The notes below the pieces were generated by a model. The model ran no database searches and was not told the origin of the DNA. It worked only from the letters and a program-made list of their open reading frames with translations. Source: Eledone cirrhosa (taxonomy: Eukaryota). From it: a DNA stretch of 64,000 nucleotides. Positions within the stretch are counted from its first letter, which is position 1; each line of letters starts with the position of its first letter. Positions 41,956 to 52,684 of this stretch are shown here, piece by piece. The stretch is from contig OZ024741.1 of NCBI GenBank assembly GCA_964016885.1, positions 405,232,001 through 405,296,000 of the forward strand, in the 5' to 3' direction. The translations under genes and the position numbers were made by a program.

Positions 41956-42174
41956 CACTCTAATGACAAAGGACAGTAGCTCGAAATAAATTCTATGTAA
42001 ACGAAACTAAAATAGAGATATGATCCAATAGTTACTCAAGGGAGACTACTCTAAACAGAGTTGCTTCCCTTGAATCTTTTGTCTATTTATATTTTCATGT
42101 ATTCTTGGGTCTTGAATACTCCACCCCAACCCCGCTAATTAACTTTTCAGATTTTCAACCCCACCTACTTAGTC

Positions 42175-42292
42175 GCTAGAGCTTTGCAATCGAAAGGTTG
42201 TGAGTTCAATTCTCGGACCCGGTGATGTGTTGTTTCCTTGAGCAAGACACTTTATTTCACGTTGCTCCAGTTTACTCAGCTGTAGAAATGAG
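42175..42292 (+). mobile_element. tRNA-derived SINE 5' part
   Basis: Box B-like GAGTTCAATTCT, followed by the core TCCTTGAGCAAGACACTTTATTTCAC. Confidence 0.78.
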
Positions 42293-42714
42293 ATGATAGG
42301 GATTGGGGTCCCTATCATTAAATTACCCAAGGCACCTCCAACAAGATATACCTTGGAGGAGGCCAGCTAAACCTGCATAGGTGTGAGCTGTCACACACAC
42401 ACATAGCTGCTTATTAAATTTTGCTAATCTATATCAGGCGAAGTTTTATTGAAAGTGATTCATATTGATACAGCAGCTGGAGAATCTAATAATTATTTGA
42501 TTTTACATTTAAAAAATACATTATACATTACAAGAAATCCTATTTTTATAAAATAAATAGGATATATAAACTAAATAACTACGAGAGTATAAGAATATAA
42601 CTTCTTGTGAAATTAACATGAAAGGGGCTGAGCATTTCACAGACACGTGTACCCTTAGAGTAGTTCTCAAGGAGAGGTAAAAGTAATAACAAAAAAAAAT
42701 ACCCCCCCCACCCC

Positions 42715-42759
<45 letters not shown>

Positions 42760-42884
42760 TATCCCGGGTTCAATCGGGGCTAACATCATTAAGTAAGGTA
42801 CTCAATACAAAGCAGAGTATAAATATTTAATATAGAAATGGCTTCTACAAGACTAGAACTGTTTCATTCGGGAGAAATCATCAG

Positions 42885-42935
42885 GGCTTCCTGATAATTT
42901 CTCCCAAATGAAACAGTTCTAGTCCTGTAGAAGCC
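42885..42935 (+). ncRNA. Type I hammerhead motif (G8A in this arm) within fold-back 42840-42935
   Basis: GGCTTC-CTGATAA-T-TTCTCCCAAA-T-GAAA-CAG(TTCTAGTC)CTG-TA-GAAGCC. The mirror arm keeps CTGATGA. Confidence 0.75.
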
Positions 42936-42946
42936 TTTATATATAT

Positions 42947-43005
<59 letters not shown>

Positions 43006-43104
43006 TTAGGAACGATCGACTTTCGTCAAATCGGACCGAGGGAACAATGTTTCCGTTGGTCTTTCCAATTGCTAATACTATATATCGGTCACAACTCCAG
43101 GTAG

Positions 43105-43224
43105 AAGGAGCAACGTGAAATAAAGTGTCTTGCTCAAGGACATAACGCATCACCTGGTCCAGGAATCGAACTCACAACCTTACGATTGCGAATCCAACTC
43201 TCTAACCACTCAGCCACTCGCCTT

Positions 43225-43227
<3 letters not shown>
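43105..43227 (-). mobile_element. tRNA-derived SINE 5' part
   Basis: Minus strand box A TGGCTGAGTGG, box B GAGTTCGATTCC, and the same core as 42175. Confidence 0.82.
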
Positions 43228-43265
<38 letters not shown>

Positions 43266-43269
<4 letters not shown>

Positions 43270-43456
43270 AAGTATGACCCCGACGGCAGAGCTCAAGCCG
43301 TTTCGACGGCTATTTCTAGACTCTCCAGAAATAGCCGTCGAAACGGTTTGAGCTCTGCCGTCGGGGTCATACTTTTTCCTATTTGCCACTCTACTACCCT
43401 AAGTATCGAGTACTCTGGTGCGTTATGGTCCATCTGGTTCCTTGCCACAATTCCTT

Positions 43457-43462
<6 letters not shown>
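43266..43462 (+). mobile_element. Fold-back element family F1
   Basis: Inverted repeat 43266-43378 centred on GACGGCTA..TAGCCGTC, then GAAA-CGG..CCG-TC-GGGGTC. Flanked by (TA)n on both sides. Confidence 0.72.
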
Positions 43463-43500
<38 letters not shown>

Positions 43501-43503
<3 letters not shown>

Positions 43504-44755
43504 CCTGTCTAAGACTAAAGTTCTAGTTTGTAGGAAGGAAAATAGGGCACTGGTCCCATCTGGGAAATGGCCATGCTCAGTGTGTAGGAAAGGAGTAGGC
43601 AGAAACTCTATTTTATGTCCCAAATGCAAAGTATGGGTGCATCAAAGATGTAGTGGGATCACAGGTAAGCTAACTAAGAATATAGATTTTATATGTGGCC
43701 GGTGCTCAGGTGCAATAAGTAGCAGCAAGTGCCCACAGAATACTAGCTCATTCCATTGCACAGATGGTTCTATAGAAATAATGGACACCTTCCGTTACCT
43801 GGGTGACAAAATCAGCAGTGGTGGAGGGTTCTCTGAAAGTACAGTAGCTTGAGTCAGAACGGGATGGAAGAAGTTCAGAGAGCTTATACCACTATTGGCC
43901 GCTAAAGGTTTCTCCCTAAAAACGAAAGGCAGACTGTATGATGCCTGCATACGAACAGCAGTGTTGCATGGCAGTGAGACTTGGGCATTGTGTGTAGAGG
44001 ATATACTCAGACTGGAGAGGAACGAAGCTTGCATGCTCCGCTGGATATGTAATAGTAATATACGTGAACGGCAAAGCATAAATGATCTAAGTGAGAACTT
44101 AGGAATAAGAGGGATCAGATGCTGTTTACTCGAGAGAAGACTACGTTAGTATGGTCACGTGATGCGCATGAAAGACGACAGCTGTATAAAAAAGTGTAGG
44201 GCAATAAAAATAGACGGTAGCCACGGAGTAGGCAGACCCAGAAAAACCTGGGACGACTTGATAAATTCCGACCTCACACACTTACACCTCTCCAAGACAA
44301 TGTCACTGGACCGAGATCTTTGGCGCTACACAGTCATACAGAAGACCCGCCTTGCCTAAGTACAAAGCGAAACCTACAGTCAGTAGGCACCTCTAAGAAA
44401 ATACACCCCCGTCTCACTACCCACACCCCATCCACACCACCCCTTTCGATGTAAAGTTATGTTGGTACCACAACATCTAGTCTGAAATAAATGAGGTCAT
44501 GTAGGTGTCACGAAAAAAAAATACACCGTCCACGCTGTAATGTGGCCATGTAGGTAACACAGTAAAAACCTCCCAGTCCACACTGTAAACGTAGTTGGTG
44601 TTAGGAAGGGCATCCAGCCGTAGAAAACCTGCCAGACAGTCCTATGCGAGCAAGACAACCAATCTTGCCTCAAGTGGGAAAACTCCCGTCCAAACCCATG
44701 CAAGCGTGGAAGATGGACGTTAAACGATGATGATGATGATGATGATGGTGATGAT
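43501..44755 (+). mobile_element. 5'-truncated RTE LINE (late RT + PHD finger + C-terminus + 3' UTR + (GAT)n)
   Basis: NLSKTKVL, C4HC3 finger, FRYLGD, LHGSETW, GRPRKTW. Two in-frame stops and a (GAT)n tail. Confidence 0.93.
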
Positions 44756-45013
44756 ATATATACATATAGTATATATATATATATATATCTTTTCCCAACC
44801 TTCCAACCTCTGTTATTCAGAATGACCTAGAAATACTTAGTCATTTACCAGAAAGATTAAAACGAGAAGACACACTAATTATTATTTCAATGGAGATGGA
44901 TTATTTACATATTAACATCCTGTACAGTTGTAGCTATTTAACTATTTAATATTGGCTCATTTACTGAACAGACTGTATAGAAACATTTTATTTTTACTGC
45001 TTAATGACAGAAT

Positions 45014-47201
45014 GGCAGTGTCTTTGACACTTTTCTTGACCTCTGAGACTGGTGAGGAGGAAGGGCAGTGTCTTTGACACTTTTCTTGACCTCTGAGACT
45101 GGTGAGGAGGAAGGGCAGTGTCTTTGACACTTTTCTTGACCTCTGAGGCTGGTGAGGAGGAAGGGCAGTGTCTTTGACACTTTTCTTGACCTCTGAGACT
45201 GGTGAGGAGGAAGGGCAGTGTCTTTGACACTTTTCTTGACCTCTGAGGCTGGTGAGGAGGAAGGGCAGTGTCTTTGACACTTTTCTTGACCTCTGAGGCT
45301 GGTGAGGAGGAAGGGCAGTGTCTTTGACACTTTTCTTGACCTCTGAGACTGGTGAGGAGGAAGGGCAGTGTCTTTGACACTTTTCTTGACCTCTGAGACT
45401 GGTGAGGAGGAAGGGCAGTGTCTTTGACACTTTTCTTGACCTCTGAGGCTGGTGAGGAGGAAGGGCAGTGTCTTTGACACTTTTCTTGACCTCTGAGGCT
45501 GGTGAGGAGGAAGGGCAGTGTCTTTGACACTTTTCTTGACCTCTGAGACTGGTGAGGAGGAAGGGCAGTGTCTTTGACACTTTTCTTGACCTCTGAGACT
45601 GGTGAGGAGGAAGGGCAGTGTCTTTGACACTTTTCTTGACCTCTGAGACTGGTGAGGAGGAAGGGCAGTGTCTTTGACACTTTTCTTGACCTCTGAGACT
45701 GGTGAGGAGGAAGGGCAGTGTCTTTGACACTTTTCTTGACCTCTGAGACTGGTGAGGAGGAAGGGCAGTGTCTTTGACACTTTTCTTGACCTCTGAGACT
45801 GGTGAGGAGGAAGGGCAGTGTCTTTGACACTTTTCTTGACCTCTGAGACTGGTGAGGAGGAAGGGCAGTGTCTTTGACACTTTTCTTGACCTCTGAGACT
45901 GGTGAGGAGGAAGGGCAGTGTCTTTGACACTTTTCTTGACCTCTGAGACTGGTGAGGAGGAAGGGCAGTGTCTTTGACACTTTTCTTGACCTCTGAGACT
46001 GGTGAGGAGGAAGGGCAGTGTCTTTGACACTTTTCTTGACCTCTGAGACTGGTGAGGAGGAAGGGCAGTGTCTTTGACACTTTTCTTGACCTCTGAGACT
46101 GGTGAGGAGGAAGGGCAGTGTCTTTGACACTTTTCTTGACCTCTGAGACTGGTGAGGAGGAAGGGCAGTGTCTTTGACACTTTTCTTGACCTCTGAGACT
46201 GGTGAGGAGGAAGGGCAGTGTCTTTGACACTTTTCTTGACCTCTGAGGCTGGTGAGGAGGAAGGGCAGTGTCTTTGACACTTTTCTTGACCTCTGAGACT
46301 GGTGAGGAGGAAGGGCAGTGTCTTTGACACTTTTCTTGACCTCTGAGACTGGTGAGGAGGAAGGGCAGTGTCTTTGACACTTTTCTTGACCTCTGAGGCT
46401 GGTGAGGAGGAAGGGCAGTGTCTTTGACACTTTTCTTGACCTCTGAGACTGGTGAGGAGGAAGGGCAGTGTCTTTGACACTTTTCTCGATCTCTGAGACT
46501 GGTGAGGAGGAAGGGCAGTGTCTTTGACACTTTTCTTGACCTCTGAGGCTGGTGAGGAGGAAGGGCAGTGTCTTTGACACTTTTCTCGATCTCTGAGACT
46601 GGTGAGGAGGAAGGGCAGTGTCTTTGACACTTTTCTTGACCTCTGAGGCTGGTGAGGAGGAAGGGCAGTGTCTTTGACACTTTTCTTGACCTCTGAGGCT
46701 GGTGAGGAGGAAGGGCAGTGTCTTTGACACTTTTCTCGGTCTCTGAGACTGGTGAGGAGGAAGGGCAGTGTCTTTGACACTTTTCTCGGTCTCTGAGACT
46801 GGTGAGGAGGAAGGGCAGTGTCTTTGACACTTTTCTCGGTCTCTGAGACTGGTGAGGAGGAAGGGCAGTGTCTTTGACACTTTTCTCGGTCTCTGAGGCT
46901 GGTGAGGAGGAAGGGCAGTGTCTTTGACACTTTTCTCGGTCTCTGAGACTGGTGAGGAGGAAGGGCAGTGTCTTTGACACTTTTCTCGGTCTCTGAGACT
47001 GGTGAGGAGGAAGGGCAGTGTCTTTGACACTTTTCTCGGTCTCTGAGGCTGGTGAGGAGGAAGGGCAGTGTCTTTGACACTTTTCTCGGTCTCTGAGACT
47101 GGTGAGGAGGAAGGGCAGTGTCTTTGACACTTTTCTCGGTCTCTGAGACTGGTGAGGAGGAAGGGCAGTGTCTTTGACACTTTTCTCGGTCTCTGAGACT
47201 G
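45014..47201. repeat. 50-bp minisatellite, ~44 copies
   Basis: Unit GTGTCTTTGACACTTTTCTTGACCTCTGAGACTGGTGAGGAGGAAGGGCA. Confidence 0.98.
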
Positions 47202-47358
47202 TAGGTGTCACTACACAAAACACCCTGTCCTCACTGTAAAGTGGTCATGTAGGTGTCACAACAAAAAGCACCCAGTCCACTCTGTAAATGTGGTTGATAT
47301 TGGGAAAGTCATCCAGCTGTAGAAACAAGCCAAAATCAGTCCTGTATGAGCAAGACAT
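47200..47358 (+). mobile_element. Diverged RTE 3' UTR fragment
   Basis: Similar to 44500-44657 (GTAGGTGTCAC..CACTGTAAA..CATCCAGC..GAGCAAGACA). Confidence 0.7.
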
Positions 47359-47359
47359 A

Positions 47360-48670
47360 GTCATCTGATCTGGCTTGTAGATTCTATTTTTATTTCTATG
47401 TTCTCTAATTTACCCGTATGTTCTATTTTAGCATGTTGGTAGAGCACAGATGATTCTTTATTATCTTGAAGGTCTCGCCAGTGTTCATTTATCCGTTCCC
47501 CTACACTACGAGCTGTCTCACCTATGTACACTATATTTTTGTCTCTACATTGTCCTTCAGTACATCTTATGCTATACACTACATTTCTAGTTTTACAGTT
47601 AATATGGGGGCTTATTTTACAGGTTATACATTTCTTATCTATACAGGGGGTCTTTGAAAAGGGTATGTCTTGGTAATAAGTGTTTTTACGGAGGTACCTG
47701 GTCTTTCTACTATCTTAATATTGAGTTTATGTTTATCTAGGGCCCTTCTAAATTTGTAAGCTAATTCACCTCTAGGGGTTGTATCGATGAACATTACACT
47801 CTGGTATTTATTGCTATCATACCATGAGTTTATTCTATTAGCCTTATTCCTAGTTCTTTCTATTCTATTCCAAAATTTGCTCCTATACAAGGGGCAGGTC
47901 CCATTTGTGTCATTATTTACCATTTTTTCCCATTTGGTTCTGGCTCCTCTATATACTCTGATCTTATCTCTCTGATTGTAACCAGAGAACTGCATACGGT
48001 GGATGAAGTGTTGTATGTTTCTCTCTAGTTCTTCGGGGTTGCACATGCGGGACATATTTCTCATCACCCGTACCAAATCCGCAATCAGTATGTTGATTTT
48101 GGTATGGTCTGAAACAGCTGAGTTTCGGTGGATCAGATGTTTGGAAGTCATGGGTTTGGCATAATGGGAATGGAGGATTTGTTTTTTGTTATTAATGGTA
48201 TCTAACCAGAGCTCTGTGTACTAGACACAGAAATAAAAATAGAATCTACACACAGAAAAGACGCAATGTTTAGACAAATCACAGAGGCAATAAACATAAA
48301 AGAATTACAACCAAAATTAAATAGAAAATATGAGTGGAACAGCAACATCACAACTTACAATTAAGGACAAAATGAAAACACACACGCACATAGAACAAAC
48401 AACCAACCGGTAACATGTAAATAAACAAATAAATAAACGAATATAAACACACACAGGCACCCGGATGTGGCGCATGCGCAGACTGAGCACACAACACACA
48501 CACAGAAACAAAATGGCGTAGGACAGAACAAAGGAGAGGCACAAAAACAAAGAAAAGAATCCCCAGTCACTGAAGAGGTCACAGAATGTGTGACGAAAGA
48601 ACTTTGACAATATATAAACAACTATCTGGTTGTGGAACCAACCAACTAACCAGAAATTTATAAATTCCTA
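47360..48670. mobile_element. Penelope-like element: inverted RT-thumb/Cys-linker/GIY-YIG (minus, 47360-48215) joined to the GIY-YIG end and pLTR (plus, 48230-48670)
   Basis: Minus: HYAKPMTSKHLIHRNSA, CIDKKCITC..CKTRNVVYSIRC..YIGETARSVGERINEH. Plus: EIKIESTHRKDAMFRQITEAINIKELQPKLNRKYEWN, followed by an HHR. Confidence 0.9.
48566..48608 (+). ncRNA. Minimal type I hammerhead in the PLE pLTR
   Basis: GTCA-CTGAAGA-G-GTCACA(GAATG)TGTGAC-GAAA-GAAC-TT-TGAC. Confidence 0.78.
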
Positions 48671-48816
48671 AATTTATAAATTTATTATAATAAATTGAAG
48701 TGAAAGCAACTGGTGCGTGTGTTTCTTATTGGCAACATGACCCTCCCAAAGTATAACAATATCGGTTTCAACACACGTTTTCAGATAAAGAATCTTGCTA
48801 AACAAATTCAGAAACG

Positions 48817-48899
<83 letters not shown>

Positions 48900-49034
48900 A
48901 AAGAATAGAGGTGTAACACACAAGTTATTATATATTGGTAAATGGAATAGAAAATGCGGACAAATTGTTCACAGTGAAAAATAGTTTAATTAGGAATAAG
49001 TGAGAATTAGTAATTGTATTGGTTAGTATTCAGT

Positions 49035-49200
49035 TTTGGTTTTAAGTTTTACCGGTTGCGCATTTCTAATGCTTTTCAAAAATAATTTTGAGATAGAGCG
49101 TCCGTGATGTTTGCTCTGATCAGAGCAAACATCACGGACGCTCTATCTCAAAATTATTTTTGAAAAGCATTAGAAATGCGCAACCGGTAAAACTTAAAAC

Positions 49201-49204
<4 letters not shown>
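49035..49204. repeat. 170-bp perfect spacerless palindrome with an HHR-like motif in each arm
   Basis: Centre TGA|TCA at 49119/49120. The arm reads TTT-TTGAAAA-GCATT(AGA)AATGC-GCAA-CCGG-TA-AAA. Confidence 0.85.
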
Positions 49205-49251
<47 letters not shown>

Positions 49252-49350
49252 AATTGAGGTTGGTAATGGCACATGGAATATATAAGAGACAGAATACTTT
49301 TTTGTGAAAAAACATAATTTTATAAGGTAAGGAAATAATAAAGGGTATAA

Positions 49351-49399
49351 CAAATGACCGGTTTCGATGGGTCTGCAAAAGCCATCTTTTCAAATGTTG
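49351..49399 (-). ncRNA. Hammerhead U3-A8 variant (mirror copy)
   Basis: Reverse complement of 52046-52094. Confidence 0.68.
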
Positions 49400-49826
49400 A
49401 TTAATATTAAGAAAAATTAATAATACGAAGAGTTAAAATTTGAGATTTGAAAATTCAAGTATAAAATTCATTGTGGGATTTCATAGCAGTTTTCATCTAG
49501 GTAGCAACAACAGGTTGACTGCTGTGTCCCTTTCTGGTAGTGAATGAGAAGTTATTTGGGGTGTGGGTTATTTTATAAAGGTCAGATTTAGCAATCGCCA
49601 ACTGGCTAGCTGCTGGTCAGTGAGGGGGTGGAAGCAATATACATACACATATCTTCCTGTGGTGGGTAGGAGAGTGGAGCGTGATAGAAAGGGATTTAGT
49701 GCACTTACACCTATATATACACACATACATACACATACATATACATATACATATATATACATATATACACATACATGCACACACACATACATATACATAC
49801 ACACATACACACACATATATACACAT

Positions 49827-49883
<57 letters not shown>

Positions 49884-49950
49884 TATATATACATACACAT
49901 ACATCCAGATACACACATACATACACACACACACACACACATATATATAT

Positions 49951-50008
<58 letters not shown>

Positions 50009-51430
50009 CCCCCACACATACATACACACACACACACATATATATACATACACACATACACACACACACACATATATATACACATACACACACATATATA
50101 TATACACACACACACACACGCGCATATATATATATATATATATATACACATACGCATACATCCAGATACACACATACATACACACACACACACACGCACA
50201 CACAATACATACATCCACATGCACACACATACACACACACACATATACACATACATACACCCACACACAGAGAAATGGCCTCCAAATATATATATATATA
50301 TATACATACAGACACATATATTTTTTCCATAATATAAGAAGTTGGGACAGTGAAATTAAAATACAAGTCATTCTGATCACATTGAGTTCTTCATGTAGAA
50401 TGGGCCCCGCAACCGACAGTGGTGAATTCTGTGTGCGCATATATATATAGATATATGTGTGTGCACGTGCAGGGTTTAACATGGATGTGTTGGTCACACA
50501 AAGGCATGGTCTGTCAACGAATAAACCTGATTCTACAGAATTGGTCTCTGGTCTTTAATAGTAGAGATTCCGTGCGTATGTGTGTTTATATTTTATGACA
50601 ATTCTATTGGGGTGATAACCCGTTTAGTTTTGGTTTAAATTTGTTAAGGAATAGATTTTCTTTGTTTATTCTTTGTTGCTGTGTGAACGAATCTGAGCAC
50701 TTGTCCGGGACGCAAACACAAGAAAAATCCCCTTGAGCAGCCATATTGCGAACTGCGCAGGAATGACACTACCCAACTTTAAAATCTTCCCCTTCTACAA
50801 GTGCTCAGATTCGTTCACACAGCAACAAAGAATAAACAAAGAAAATCTATTCCTTAACAAATTTAAACCAAAACTAAACGGGTTATCACCCCAATAGAAT
50901 TGTCATAAAATATAAACACACATACGCACGGAATCACTACTATTAAAGACCAGAGACCAATTCTGTAGAATCAGGTTTATTCGTTGACAGACCATGCCTT
51001 TGTGTGACCAACACATCCATGTTAAACCCTGCACGTGCACACACATATATCTATATATATATGCGCACACAGAATTCACCACTGTCGGTTGCGGGGCCCA
51101 TTCTACATGAAGAACTCAATGTGATCAGAATGACTTGTATTTTAATTTCACTGTCCCAACTTCTTATATTATGGAAAAAATATATGTGTCTATATGTGTG
51201 TGTGTGTGTGTATGTGTGTGCATGTGGATGTATGTATTGTGTGTGCGTGTGTGTGTGTGTGTATGTATGTGTGTATCTGGATGTATGCGTATGTGTATAT
51301 ATATATATATATATATGCGCGTGTGTGTGTGTGTGTATATATATATATGTGTGTGTATGTGTATATATATGTGTGTGTGTGTGTATGTGTGTATGTATAT
51401 ATATGTGTGTGTGTGTATGTATGTGTGGGG

Positions 51431-51508
<78 letters not shown>

Positions 51509-52045
51509 GTGTGTGTGTGTGTGCGTATGTATGTGTGTATCTGGATGTATGTGTATGTATATATATGTGTGTGTGTATATATATATATATATGTGTGTGT
51601 GTATGTGTATATATGTGTGTGTATGTGTGTATGTATATGTATGTGTGTGTGTATGTATGTGTGTATATGTATATATATGTATATGTATATGTATGTGTAT
51701 GTATGTGTGGATGAAGGTATGTGTGTATATATAGGTGTAAGTGCACTAAATCCCTTTCTATCACGCTCCACTCTCCTACCCACCACAGGAAGATATGTGT
51801 ATGTATATTGCGTCCACCCCCTCACTGACCAGCAGCTGGCCAGTTGGCGATTGCTAAATCTGACCTTTATAAAATAACCCACACCCCAAATAACTTCTCA
51901 TTCACTACCAGAAAGGGACACAGCAGTCAACCTGTTGTTGCTACCTAGATGAAAACTGCTATGAAATCCCACAATGAATTTTATACTTGAATTTTCAAAT
52001 CTCAAATTTTAACTCTTCGTATTATTAATTTTTCTTAATATTAAT

Positions 52046-52094
52046 CAACATTTGAAAAGATGGCTTTTGCAGACCCATCGAAACCGGTCATTTG
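52046..52094 (+). ncRNA. Minimal type I hammerhead, U3-A8 core variant
   Basis: CAACAT-TTGAAAA-GATGG(11 nt)CCATC-GAAA-CCGG-TC-ATTTG. Confidence 0.7.
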
Positions 52095-52230
52095 TTATAC
52101 CCTTTATTATTTCCTTACCTTATAAAATTATGTTTTTTCACAAAAAAGTATTCTGTCTCTTATATATTCCATGTGCCATTACCAACCTCAATTTTCTCTA
52201 TAACCTTCGTTTTGTGTAGAAAATTACACT

Positions 52231-52270
<40 letters not shown>

Positions 52271-52684
52271 TAATAATATATATAAATATATATATATAAA
52301 TACTAATTAATAATATATTTATAAATATTAATCGATAATATATATATAAACTAATTAATAATATATATAAATAAAAAACCTGTATAAGTAAGTCCTATTT
52401 TATTGAATTTTTTTTATGTATCTTCATTTCCCATGCAAACGTCAGGTCTTGGTCCTAAAATTCAGATGATCCCTTAGGTAGTCCCATCGAGCACCTACTG
52501 GTTGATATCGAGCCCCCCCCCCCCCCCACACACACACACGGGGGGGGGCAAGAGAGTTAAAACAGGGCACCTTTGTGTCGTGCGAATTATCTCCCTTTAG
52601 TCGCTGCTACTAAATAGCAGGCAGCTTGTGTTTTGTTTACTGTTTTGACAAATCTAACGGAAAGAAGAGAACCAAGCGGAAAAA

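Larger units (their letters stand above)
49248..52235 (+). mobile_element. 5'-truncated Penelope-like element with an inverted pLTR (~1.4-kb arms, 92-bp spacer)
   Basis: Arms 49248-50704 / 50797-52197. 50706-50897 encodes a GIY-YIG-like C-terminus RKIPLSSHIANC..FKIFPFYKC..RINKENLFLNKFKPKLN*. HHR near the 3' end; (TA)n flanks. Confidence 0.85.

Noticed and set aside
42175-43227. Possible tRNA genes (box A/B motifs)
   Set aside because: No full cloverleaf, and they continue into a shared SINE core.
44957-47223. Three 730-750 aa ORFs on the minus strand
   Set aside because: A stop-free 50-bp unit cycles through all frames; there is no unique coding sequence.
48755-48795. Minus-strand CTGAAAA..GAAACCGATA motif
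   Set aside because: Unpaired C3/A8, minimal stem II and no stem I; too degenerate to call.
49563-51882. His/Thr/Tyr- and Cys/Val-rich ORFs
   Set aside because: (CA)n/(TA)n tracts within the PLE arms.
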